This document shows positions 23,947 through 35,975 of a stretch of 64,000 nucleotides of DNA, in pieces (the first letter of the stretch is position 1; every line of letters starts with the position of its first letter). A program made the position numbers and the translations under genes. The notes below the pieces were generated by a model. The model did no database searches. It saw only the letters and a list, made by a program, of their open reading frames with translations, and had not been told where the DNA came from. Location of the stretch: positions 1,860,001 through 1,924,000 of the forward strand of contig BQFW01000004.1 of the NCBI GenBank assembly GCA_020891255.1, written 5' to 3'. The stretch is from Entomortierella parvispora E1425. Taxonomy: Eukaryota; Fungi; Mortierellomycota.

Positions 23947-26900
23947 TTACGACTGAATGGTAGATCTGATCTTTTTCTGAGTGAAAGGAGTCTTGCACTT
24001 TTGGACAATGACCTCTTCCTTGACCTTGTTATTTACAGGCGTAATCACCTGTCGATGGACTCTGCAAGAGCATATCGTTGCCACAGTCATAGAGTTTGAG
24101 GTGGAGGAGGGCGAGGCAGAGCCATTTGAGGACAGATTGGTTGATGTCAAGGAGGGAGAGCTGGGCGCAGCTGTGGTCTGTGGTTCTGAAATTCTGAGGG
24201 CATCGATTCCACCCATCAGCAATGCCACACGCGTGAATCCAGCTTTGACCAACATCGAGGCAAACTTGAGTTTCGGAGAGAAAAAAAAAAGAAGTGAATT
24301 AGTACGTTGCTCTTACATGGAGTGAAACGGCCGGAAGTGGATTTCTCCTTTTGAATTACCTCTGGTCCTGAGTCCCCTCTGTTGGCTATTACAACGAGGT
24401 ATTTTCTCTTCAGTTTGTTGAGAATATGGAGCAAGTAATCTAACTGACTTGCCACCATGTGGATCGAGAGCGGATAATGCCCATTCCGGAATCTGGTTTG
24501 TTGTAAATGGGTAAAAGAAAGGAAGATATTAGTATTCGGTCCAAAGATAAAGTCGATCGAATAAAAAAAAGAGAAAAACTCACTCTGCATCTGGCCGGAT
24601 ATCAATCACCAACGCCTGTTGTCGTAACCGAACAAAATCCGAGCGGTGAATCCTCGGTGCCAATTCCGCGTTCATAGTCTCGATTGTCAAGGGCTCTTCC
24701 CACCAGTGCGTTACAGACCCTTGAGAGATCCCTCCGGAAAGCCTCTTTTCCTGATGCAACTCCATGGAGTTCCTGGACTGCTGGCTGCTTGAATCCGCAA
24801 CCGAGTGGTCGGCTTTAGAAGCGGTGGAGGACCCTCCATTTCCGAAAGAGGTTGGCAATGAAACTTTCCGCTTCATCTCCCGAGATTCCTGATCGTATGA
24901 AAGCCAGCAGGTCGAAGGAGGAGTAACCCTGCACATAGCCAGGGCAGATTCGATACACTTTTCGATATCCATCCCTGGAAAGGATTCTGAAAAGATACCA
25001 ATTGCCTCATTGAATTCTGACCGGAGCAATTCCTGTCGAAACTGTTGCAAGATGGCAATGCCGACAAAGAGTGGTAAGGATGAGGGTCCCACCAAGATCT
25101 TGTCCCACAGGTGATAAATCTTGTCCAAGGGAAAGATATCTAGGCAGCAAAATTTCATTAGTCATGCTATTTCGTCTTCTTCCTCACATCGCCTACAACT
25201 TCGATTTCGTAGAACTTCACTTACGAGTGAACAGAGTCATGAACCATGAAATGGCGTAGAGCTGAGGGATGAAACGGATGTGATCCAAGTGACTTGATAA
25301 CTCTGGGTCGTGGAAGGAGAGCAAGTGCCTAAACACTGCGAGATACTCATGGATGACTTGGGAGTTGTCGTGTAAGAACATATCCTTGAGAAACTTTGGT
25401 AAGAAGAGTTGGATGCTAGAAAAAGCGAGGGCCTCATCGTTGAAGTTGAGAGTCAGGAATGGCGCACAGCAAGAATCCAGCCCTAATTGTGTTGTCATAT
25501 GTGTAACTATTAATCTCTAGGAAGACCGTAGGCTTTCATGCGTGACAAGCAACAATCGTCTAGTTTTACCTTGCCAGTACACCTGATGCTCATTGGCCTC
25601 AACCCAGCACTTCAGCAGCCTCCTCATCTTCTCGTGGCCTTGCGGAGAGAACATTAGCTGATTGTACTGGTGACACCGTGGAACATCTATTGTTATAAGG
25701 GCGGGAGAGTTAGTCGATCCCGCGACATGATTATTTTCAAAGTGCACTTTTCCTAATGCCCTGTCTCTGTTTACTTACCAAGTTCAATTTGCCGATCAGT
25801 TGGTTTTTCCGTGTACTTGTCGAATCCTTCGTAGACTTCTTGGTAATCTCCAGTAACACCCAGGATGGCTGCCCACACCTTGCCTCGAAGTAAAGGCGGG
25901 ATATCAATCTTTGAATGATGTAGGATTTCCGCTCGAGAAGCTGGGTACTGGAGCAGCAACTCTGTAAACATCGACAGTCGGTGGTACTGGTAGCCTAGGT
26001 CCTTTTCTCGGATCGACAAAGGCACTTTCGCTCGAATCCTGGTGGGTTGTTGAGCCAGAGATTGGACACCACTGTTCAAAAGTCCACCCCCGCCATTGTC
26101 ACCGTTCAAAGACGTTAAGGATGCCAAATGACTGAACGCCATCCCTGAAGCGCCTGCAGCAGTAGTACTGGTCGATTGTATCGCATCCGGGTATAAAAAT
26201 GCTTCCTGTGATCCTGCATGTTCTCTGTCATCGTTCATAGTGCCCTGCAAAAAGTTCATCTCGTCTGGATCCGACAGCAAAAAGTAATCCGTATCCCAAG
26301 AGAACTGGTCCTTGTTGGGCTCCCGAATGGACTTTACGATCTCTGCCTCCAGATTTTCAAGTGGCAAAGAGCAGCTCACGTCAGAGAACAAGTCAGCAAT
26401 GTCTCGCACGGACGGACGTTCTTCCCGATCCTCCGCTACGTGGATAACCCTGGGCAAGAGCTGAATAGACGGTGTTCCGGCGAGTCGACCGTCTCTCCTG
26501 AACTGAGCTTCCACATCTCCACCGGCGAGTTTCCAGAGATAGTAGACCTGAGAAAGAGGAAGCTTGGGCAAAAGACCAAGTTTCGTATCGGAGAGTGGTC
26601 TCTGTCCATTCTCTGAATCCCTGCCGTTGGAAAGAACAATTCGAAGGCGCTCGACTTCGCCTTCATAGTCTGAGAGGGTTGAAGACTGTATATAGGGTTT
26701 CTCGCTCCACAGCCTAGATCTCTGCTCAGCAAAGTCCACCGGATCTGTTCCTTGGATAGTCTTCAAAAAGGAATGGCTTCTCATGTGAGCTGGTTCCCGT
26801 TTTGCACCGCTGCTATTCATGTCGCCCAGGTCTAGACAGTCTCTTAAAAACTGAGCTAGTTCCCTGCTCTCTTCAGTATCGATCGCTCCCTCTTTGTCTG

Positions 26901-28114
26901 AACCCTTTGCTTTTTCAATGATGCCGGAGCGCAAAAACTGCAGTACGATTGGGTTGATGCCCACGGTGTCTGGACAGGTACTGATCCAATCCTGGTTCTT
27001 TGCCGAAATCCTTCGAATCATGAAGAGAGAACCAATGAGTTCTTCCAAGTCCAGGCAATCCTTGCGCCAAAACGACTCTCCGAGAAGCATCTCTGTCAAG
27101 ATAACACCGACAGACCAAATGTCGACCTAGCAGTCCATAGCAGTAAATTGAGTGACCTTGTCCGATTACACGATCAAGTAAAGAGCCTCAGCTGGGATAA
27201 ATGCACATGAGAGTAGTCCTGAGCTTACATTAAAGTCAAAGAGCGAGGAAGACTGCTGACCAAGAGTGTTTGGTGAGAGATAGTGCGGATCGCCAATAGA
27301 GAACTCGACTAGCGTGCCTCCTTTAGTCATGTTGAAAAGACCATAATTGAACAGTTTGACGCGACCGTCCTTGTTGAGCAAAATGTTTGAGAGAGAGAGA
27401 GACCTGTGGACGATACCATGCTTATTCAAGTACACCAGTCCATCCAGAATCTCTGCAGCCCAGTTCCTTATTGTCGCAACCTTTTGCCTATGGAACACGA
27501 ATATCGATTAGTTTTAACGACTTTGTGGACCGACTGGCAAAAACGAGCGGATCAAATTACTCTATGGAAAAGCATGCTCGCCTTTTCACTGTTTCACCAT
27601 TGCTCTCATTCAGTCCAGCATTCCGAATTCGTTCTAGTGAGTTGTCATGGTATTCCGCGACCACAAAGAGACGATCTAAATGAAAGAGGTGGCGAAGTAT
27701 GAATGGTCAAAATCCAATAAACCAAAAGCCCCAATCAACTTCCTTTATGTTGGCGAATGCTGTATCCATCGCAGCATAGCATAAAGGAATGCTTTCTTAA
27801 TACCTCTTTTTCCTTTGACGACATCCATATACCCGCACAAGTTCGGATGAGAGAGACTCTATTGGAATCCAAAAGGACAAAACGTATGAGAATAACTGCA
27901 TGACATTGATAGCGTTCGCCAGCATCCTTCTATATTACAATCCGTCACCTGCCTTCAAGAATTGGCTTTGTCCAAAGATAAAAGAGGTCGCCGGAGGTAC
28001 ACCATGTAGCTCGTCATTGACATTGTCCTTGGCGCAAAACGAGATGGCGGCCAGTCCTGCATGGCGCGTCGAAGGATGACGATGCAGGTCTGGACACGTT
28101 GCAAATGTCGCCAT
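23947..28114 (-). CDS. TBCK: TBC1 domain-containing kinase-like protein (pseudokinase + Rab-GAP TBC + rhodanese); multi-exon
   Basis: [116 protein letters not shown]; same domain order as metazoan TBCK. Confidence 0.92.
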
Positions 28115-28342
28115 AAGAGTCGAATTGATGGTCCCGAGCGAGTGCGGGTTGATGGTAAGGTGAGCCGATGGGTCTTCAAGAGTTGCAATGAGTTCTGTAC
28201 TTGAGACCTGACTTCTGGAGGAGAGTTTTTGATGGGACAACGCATGCCTCTTGACGACGTGACGCCTTTTGAGCCTGGAGGCAAATTTCATTCAAATTTT
28301 TGTTCTTTTTATTGTTTCTCGAGTTCCAACCAGGGGCAAAGC

Positions 28343-29848
28343 TCACACCTGGAATGAGGACGCATCCATCGACAGCTTGCAAAGTCTCGAGATAAGTCCC
28401 CCCAGTTGCACAAGCGATGTGACTCCCTCCAGGATCTTCATGTGTGTCAGTCCGATCTCCTGTGAGGTGCGTAAACGTGGTAGGTGTCAGCAATTTGTTT
28501 CATGAAAGAGAGCAGTTCAAAAAAATCTATCGTCCACCATTTACCTTGATATAGTCGAGCTTCATGTACTCGGGCATACCGTCGTAAAACTTGACAACCC
28601 TGAACAGCGTTGTAATAATATCAACGGCACTGTAACCTTGCCTCCACAGCTGATGCATACCCTTGAGAGCATTGTCGACCTTCACTTGCAAACAGCTGGC
28701 AATAATTGCGTTCACCAAGACGGGATGTGGTTGATCGCAGACCTTGAAAACATTCTCATCATTCACATATCCAAATCCTGACCACGTAGACTGGAGGTTG
28801 TTGATGGCCTGACGCATGTCTCCCTCTGCTGTGAAAATAAGCGCCTCCAATCCCTCGGCATTGTATTGCACCTGTTCAACAAGGACGGTAGAACTTGAGG
28901 TGAGAATTCCTTGCCATCATCAGCCTCGGTCTTCGACCGGTGTTTCTGGGTTGCGAGTTACCGTTCCTTACCTTTTCGGCTTCACAGATTTCTCGGAGAC
29001 GATGCAAGACCTGCTTGTCCGTCAATTTAGTGTATCGAAGCATGGCACATCGACTCTGAATAGGTTCAATGATTTTGCTCGATTGATTGCAAGCAAGAGC
29101 AAAGCGTGTTGTGTTCGAGTAAATCTCCATTGTGCGTCGGAGAGCCTGTTGAGCTCCTGCCGTCATACTGTCAGCTTCATCCAGAATAACAATCTTGTGT
29201 CGTCCAGGTGGAAGAGTAACCTTCTTTTGTGCAAACGTCTTGATCTTGTTCCGGACCACGTCAATGCCACTGTCATTAGAAAATCAAAATGCAGTTAGAA
29301 AAAAAGGACTTCGTAGTAAAGTAAAAGTTTTGCTTCTGGGTGACTACTCACCGATCATCAGAGGCGTTCAGTTCCAAGACACCTTCTTTGAAGGCTGGTC
29401 CCAAAAGCTCATGGGCCAAGCAGAGTACACTTGTAGTCTTTCCGATACCCGGAGACCCCTAATTTCATAGAAGTGGTATATCCCAGGTGAGTGTTTTTGT
29501 GAGGCGATTTCGCGTCCAGTTGGCAATGTTCCTGGGATATCTCTTACCGAGATGATCATATGAGGCATGTTTCCTTTCTTGGCGATCAACTGGAGACGTT
29601 CCACAGTCTCCTCGTTTCCGACAATGTCCTTGATAAGTTCAGGTCTGTATTTCTCGACCCTGGAGAGTGAATGCAGGGGAGAAGGAGGAGATTAGTATGG
29701 CGGGTCGATGGACGACTGATTTTCCAATTCATTCCGCCATGCAATCTCACCAGGGCAGTTCATAAGAGTCGACATTTCCCTTGAACTGGGCGTTTGCAAG
29801 GGCGACCTGTGCTGCTGTGGTTGCTCCTGTACTGCTGCTTGCTGCCAT
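28343..29848 (-). CDS. RFC4: Replication factor C small subunit (human RFC2 / yeast Rfc4); multi-exon
   Basis: [70 protein letters not shown]. Confidence 0.95.
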
Positions 29849-30216
29849 GGCTTTGACGTTGTGTTTGTTTGTGGGATGGGGAGAGTCTCTTCCTTGGTCG
29901 CGAGTGAAAGACACAAAAAGGGCGCGTCCGTTCACTCGCTTTTATTTTTTGTTGTGGTGCGCCACCATTTCTGTTCGTTCGCCTTTGGTGCTTGACCTGG
30001 ATCACAGGAACGCAGGCCATGCGATTCTGCCTCGTTCCCCCCTGCCGTCCCCTCTGGCGACCTCTCGTTCGCCCGTCGATGAGTCCAACCATGGCTGTTC
30101 ATCTGTTCTGTGCGCATCTCGACCCCGCCTTTCTTCTTGTTCCTGTCTCTGTTCTTGCGCCAGTTCATCCATCTTGTTCTTTCCCTTCCCTTTCGCCCAT
30201 TCACTTTCTTCTCATC

Positions 30217-30813
30217 ATGTCCACCATCGTCGACCTCCGGATTCACAACGACAAGGTCGTTTGCGCCCAGCACAAGAACGAAGTTTGCTCAGAGTGCAAC
30301 CAGTCCTTCATCGAGATCAATGACCTCACTCGCCATCTCCATGCCACCAACGGCCAGGTCCCTCCTCCAGGCGCAGTCCTCCCCCTCCGATCGCAGCAGA
30401 TTGCAAAGATGCGCGAGGATGGCAACACTCACTTTCGTGCCCAGCGTCACGAGGAGGCCATTGTTGCCTACACGAACGCCATCAACATTGCTTTTGACCG
30501 TCCTCTTTGGGAGCCTACGGGCCTTGCCCGCGAAGAGCTCGCTGTCCTGCTTTGCAACCGTGCCGCTGCTTACATCGCCCGCAAGGAGTGGATCAATGCC
30601 TATGTGGATGCCGAAGGTGCCATCGAATTGAAGCGTCCTTGGTCCAAGGGCCACTTCCGTCTGGGCAAGGCCCTCTTCGGTATGGGCCGTTATCAGGAGG
30701 GTATCGAGGCATTGCAATTGGGCTTGATGTTTGATCCCCAAAGCGCAGAGATCTTGAAGGCATTGAAGGAGGCCGAGGTCTCGCTGGCTGCCCAGGAGGC
30801 GGCTGAGGAATAG
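30217..30813 (+). CDS. SEC72: Sec72-like TPR subunit of the Sec63 complex; single exon, 198 aa
   Basis: N-terminal C..H...C..C segment, RPLWE motif, TPR repeats LLCNRAAAY..DAEGAIELKRPWSKGHFRLGKAL; strong codon bias. Confidence 0.78.
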   Translation: MSTIVDLRIHNDKVVCAQHKNEVCSECNQSFIEINDLTRHLHATNGQVPPPGAVLPLRSQQIAKMREDGNTHFRAQRHEEAIVAYTNAINIAFDRPLWEPTGLAREELAVLLCNRAAAYIARKEWINAYVDAEGAIELKRPWSKGHFRLGKALFGMGRYQEGIEALQLGLMFDPQSAEILKALKEAEVSLAAQEAAEE

Positions 30814-31377
30814 GCTGAAAATGACAGCATGCTGGCGGGATTGAAATCTAGAGTAGCTTGAACATTTATACCCTGTCAGAGCCAGGATCTCGCCAAGGAG
30901 TTAAGAAAAAGAGATCTCCCCAACAACTACAGCAATTACAGCACACAACCAGCAAACGACACTCTTGACCTGCAGGATCCAGGAGAGAGCAAGACAAGAG
31001 ACTTTTGTCAGCCTTTCATTGTACAAATATATCCTCTACTTTCTTTCTAAAGTTGTAGTGCACGGTTGCAATTGAACCCTGTGTGTAAAATATGGCAGGA
31101 CGGACAATCTACAGCGCACGGTCATGTGTGTTCGGTCAAGAACTGGCAGGCTGGTTATGTTCAGGACGGACGTTGTCTGTTACCTTGCCGACCTTTATTC
31201 TTCCTTAATGATTGTTGTCGCTGGTTGAGCCAGGAGGATTAGAGATATTTTGCTCCAGACTGATGGCATGAGACGTCCTGTTATTTTTCACTCAATCACA
31301 CACTCTCACTCATTTCTTCAACAGAACCGACTTTTTTCTTCTTGTTCATTCACCACAATTCGAGGAAAACAAAAAAG

Positions 31378-33627
31378 ATGCTCCAAAACGCTCAGCAACG
31401 TGGAGGCACAGCAGGAGGCAGCCGAGAACATAACAACACCAGTCCAGCAGGCATATCGAGATCATATTCCCTAGGAAGGCCAAACGCCTTCAAACCACAA
31501 CCCAGTCCCATTCTCACGGAGCGTAAGCCATCCGCGCAAGATCTATCTTCTATCCGGGATCATGTCTCTACCCCTCGGACGTTGGATGGATCCACTCACC
31601 CCCATCACTCTCGTGCCAGCGGTGTTGACTATAGGCCCAAAGGGCAGGACCGACTATCCTCTTTGTTCCAGAAAGCCCGGGCAAAGACTCCGCACGCACA
31701 ATCGCATTCAGTAGGACCGGCCTCTCCACAGGACGGACTGAGCAACACCTCCAAATCTTCAACCACTCCTCAGGATGAGAAGGCAGCCATGCGGCAAGAA
31801 CATCTTCAACGATTACGAGAGCGAGCAGAAAAAGCGCGCTTGGAGTTGATGGCTTTTGAGCTGATGGAGAGTGAAAATGAACTACCAGAGCAACATCCAT
31901 CATTGCCGATGGCGCGTGAGAAGGAGTGTGTTCAACATTCGCCGGTCGCAGCCAATCGTCCAAGGGCAGGCCTTGCGCTTCATGCTCGTAAACTCTTGCA
32001 GGCCTCTACAAGACTGGAAACGTTGCCTCAGGGTTCTCAATCCGCACCGGAACGTGCCCAGACGCGCCCAGCTGGTGGCCGTCCCCAAACATTGACTCTT
32101 GACAGGAATGCAGGGCGTGCATCGCGGACGTCGAAACCGTTGGCAACCAAGCAAACCAAAGAAACTGATCTGTGGATGTCTGGAGACTACAAATTCGCTT
32201 CGAGTGCAGAACAATCTCCCAGTTCCCCAGGGTCTACGCCTTCGCCACCCGTGAGCCCCATTGCCGCGGCCAACCTAGCGGCAGAGATTTACAGGGCTAC
32301 CTGTGGTGAGGTTTCTTCCAATTCATTCTTGAAGGCTGAGCAGCAGGACACCCGACGATCCAGTAATGGTCGGAAAGGTTCTACGGTCAATCGTGGATTA
32401 CCAGTTTCCGTTGAACATTCGGACAATGACGAGGATGATAGTGATCGCTTCCTGCAGAATCACCTGGATAATTGTGAAGAAGGTACAGTTTATCGTTGTT
32501 AGGACAATGTTTTTATTCGGACGTTCTTATTCTTGTATTCTAATTCCTCATTTCGATCAGATCTTCGCGATATCACTTTGTCCGAGATGTTTAACCGACA
32601 GCTGGGACTGAGTAGCGACGAAAGCGACGGCCTATATAATAGCGAGTTCAACAGTCCAAGTAACGGTGCTGAGGTGCCGGCAGCTGCAGACATGACGTTT
32701 GCAGATCGGACTGGTATCTTCATGTTGGCCCATCAAGAGGTTCCATCTTTGCTGGCAGAGACTATCCCAGAGGCTGACTTGGCTGATATGACATTCATGA
32801 CGTGCCCCGATGACACTGCAGACATGAACAAGAGAGAGCCATTGTCGTATCAAGAAGCACAAGCTTTGCCTCAGTTACCACCCATGGTCATGCCCAGGGA
32901 GTCCATTTTGGATGAATTTCTGAAAACTCTCCCTCCCTTGCCTCAATCCCCAGTTGATTTGCGATGGCCTTCAGAGCGGGCTCACTTGCGATCTGGTCAG
33001 AGCCCAATCCCCAACGGCCGCTTCGCACGCCCCTCTCCCATGTCTCCTCAGCAAAGATCAGAGCGATCCCGCCCATCGCCAGTGCCTACTCCCATCATAA
33101 CTTCACAAGAAAGGTGCCAGCAGATCCTCCAAGGACTCACCAAGCGAGTTGATCGGTTCCATTCCAGCCTGACGTCCACATCCGCTTCACGCCCTAGTTC
33201 AAACAGCCCAGACGTTCGATCGTCAAGGTCCTCCCCTCGCACTTCAACTCTTGACTCCGCAACGCCAACAAAACGTCCTTTGATTTCAATCCCTACTCCA
33301 GATGCACGCTCATTCCAGCAAGCTGACTCTGAGGCTAGTACACCTGCATCTGTTTACAATTCGGCAAGAGAGGACTTTACCTATGGATCAGTGTCAAATC
33401 TCGCCGATGTAGCCTCAAGATATGAACGAGGAGAGGCCACAGAAAACAGGGACAGGAACACGAGGATGAGGGAAAGAGATGAGAGCAGGCAACGTCACCA
33501 TTACTCTTCGTCTTTGTCTACACACGAATCTTCTGCGGCCTCGTCGCCTTGGACGGCGCTCTCGCCTGCGTCCTCTACAGCTTCTGATTCTTCCGCAGGA
33601 TCCTCTTGGACGGTGGGTTCAATGTAG
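31378..33627 (+). CDS. Hypothetical Ser/Pro/Arg-rich disordered protein; exons 31378-32482 and 32561-33627; about 723 aa
   Basis: Two long ORFs joined in frame by a phase-1 GT-AG intron; short coiled coil (RQEHLQRLRERAEKARLELM); no recognisable domain. Confidence 0.7.
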
Positions 33628-34940
33628 TCAAATAAACTGTAAACCCAGTTTTATCTCTCAATGGTGCTAAAGTCTAAGTGAAGAGGTACGTGCGACAATT
33701 AGTGCAAATGTTGGTGACGAGGACCTTTTTGCCGATCTTTTTATTCAGCCCTTGAGGCAAAAGAGTTCTTTTTTTTTTTTTTGACCACGGACCCAACCAG
33801 CGGAATTGGATTTTTTTTATTCGAGGCCCGACTTGCAGGGCCCCAACCAGTTTTCAGTAATTCGTTCGTGACATCCGGGTCTGACCGGACCCTGAATTAC
33901 CTTTCCTGACCTTGACCACGCGAGTCCTGAAAACGGCGGAGTCGCAAGACAATAGCAAGACTCTAAACTACAAGAGGCTACTATCGTTGTGTAGTGTAGT
34001 TGTCAAGTTCAGATGCCTTTGGCCTGTCGCGTACTCTTGGATATGAAAGGTAGCGACGGGTTTGGACACTTTCATCTACTGGGGTCGCACATCGTCCTTT
34101 GCGCCACCGTGTATTTGAAAAATGAACCAGATTTAGGTTCGCCGCGAAAAAAAAGGGACATCTTGAGTTCATCCAGAGTTCATCCAGACCAAACCCGCGT
34201 GTCCACATGACAACCACCAGACAGAAGACGATTGTCACCAGGTTCTTTGTGTGCCTCTCTGTGTCTCTCATTTTCACGAGCCCCCTGACTCTTGACTGGC
34301 GCGTTTGTTCGATGGCACGGTGATTCGTTGGCTAGTTCTGTGACGAACCAGGAAAAGACTCTCTGTCCTCTTTCTTCCTCTCGCGGATTCGTCGGTGGTA
34401 CAAGACGGATCATTTTATCGTGGCTGGAGATTGGACAATGGCCTCAACCCATCACAGTGGGTCCCGAGTGCTGTCGGTTGTGCAAGCTGTTAATTTGCAA
34501 GAGGAGGACTGAAGACGATTGAGGACAAAGACATGCGGAGAAGAGTGGATGGTGGGTGACCAAAAGATTATCCAGACCAACAAGGCCAAGCCCAGTTAGG
34601 AGCGATCAAAAGAAGACAAAAAACAAACCGAAAGTCGGATAAGCATCTTTGAACAGAAAGAACAAATAGGGACTGGTCAAGGACGACGGGATGACGAGCA
34701 GAGAGGAGGGACAATCGACAAGAGAGCGCCAAGGACAGACGAGCACGGCCGAGAGCAGCGAGAGCGCGAGCCAACAAAAGAACAAAGAAGAGGCAAGCAA
34801 GGGCGAGATGGAGAGATGCGGATGATGAAGGGGACACAAACAACGATAAACAATGAACAGACGGACAACACCGCGCCCCGCCTGGTTAGTATTTTTTTTT
34901 TTCTTTCTCTTTCTTGTTCTTCTCTTTCCTTCTGTGGCCC

Positions 34941-34974
<34 letters not shown>
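34941..34974. repeat. (ACAG)8 microsatellite
   Basis: Direct reading of the sequence. Confidence 0.95.
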
Positions 34975-35975
34975 GAACACACATCCTTGTCCATTCTTCT
35001 TCTTCTCCTCGTCATCATCTCCTCCCTCTTGTCCATCCCTCTTTGCGTCATTCCACCTCCCCCTTCCTTCCTTCCTTCCGTCCTCTCCACTCCTCACCAC
35101 ATCTTCCTCATTCCGCCTGTAATTACTCCTCCTTTCTGTTAAAGCATATACCCACCTGCCCTTCTTCCTCCGGACAGCAGAATCCGACTACGGCAGCTTC
35201 TCGCAATTGAGGTAAACATCTCTTTCCATGGACCGCGTGATTCATTGCTCTCCCCTCAAACTTCATTACGTTGCCTTTTTCTGCTCGAGTCATACTGAGG
35301 CGCCGCCTGTAAAAAAGACAGTCAATCTTTTGGGCAAAGAGTGAGAGCGTGGCCAAGAGAGAGCACCCGAGAGCACGGACAGGGGTTGCATGGCCGAACA
35401 GGGAGTCGGAAAACGGAGCAGGCGACGCGGGATGGATGGCGATACCAGAGCGGCCAGCAACCCAGCAACCCGGCAGCGAGAGGGGATGGTCCCCTTTCCC
35501 TGCTCGGTCCCAATCTGTTCTCTGTCCTCATAGAGTGATGATTTTCGACTGACAAAAGATGGAAGGACCTGGACTCTTTTTTTTTTTTTTCAATTGTTTG
35601 TCGCGTTGGGTTGCGTCTTTTGGCTGGTGTTGTTGTTGTTGTTGTTTCTGTTGTTTCTGTTGGTTATAAACGGTGTGCTCACTGGGCTGGACTCTTCTCT
35701 TCTTATCTCGCCCCCCCCCCTTTTTTTTGGCTCGTTCCGTGGCCAGAAGGGCCGTTGGTTGTAGTCAGATGCTGATACTCGTCCGTTTTGACTAACCGCC
35801 GTTTGTCGTTGTTGTATGAACAGAGAGAACAGACCCTCATCAAAAGAGACGATCCCCGCCCTGCAGTCTGGGCCCGCCAAACGGAAAATTTCGCTCACGG
35901 ATACTTCCAGACTTGTACAGCAATTAGAGTACCTCTTTCCCTCCCCACACCTGGAACGACAGATAATCTCCTAAG

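Noticed and set aside
27560-27585. Possible second GC donor (AG|GCGAGC) in TBCK
   Set aside because: A canonical GTAATT donor of the same phase lies just downstream and is the simpler explanation.
35405-35422. GTCGGAAAACGGAGCAGG resembles SRP RNA helix 8
   Set aside because: The loop has an extra A, the CAGG needed immediately 5' is missing, and no helix 5/6 or Alu context is present.
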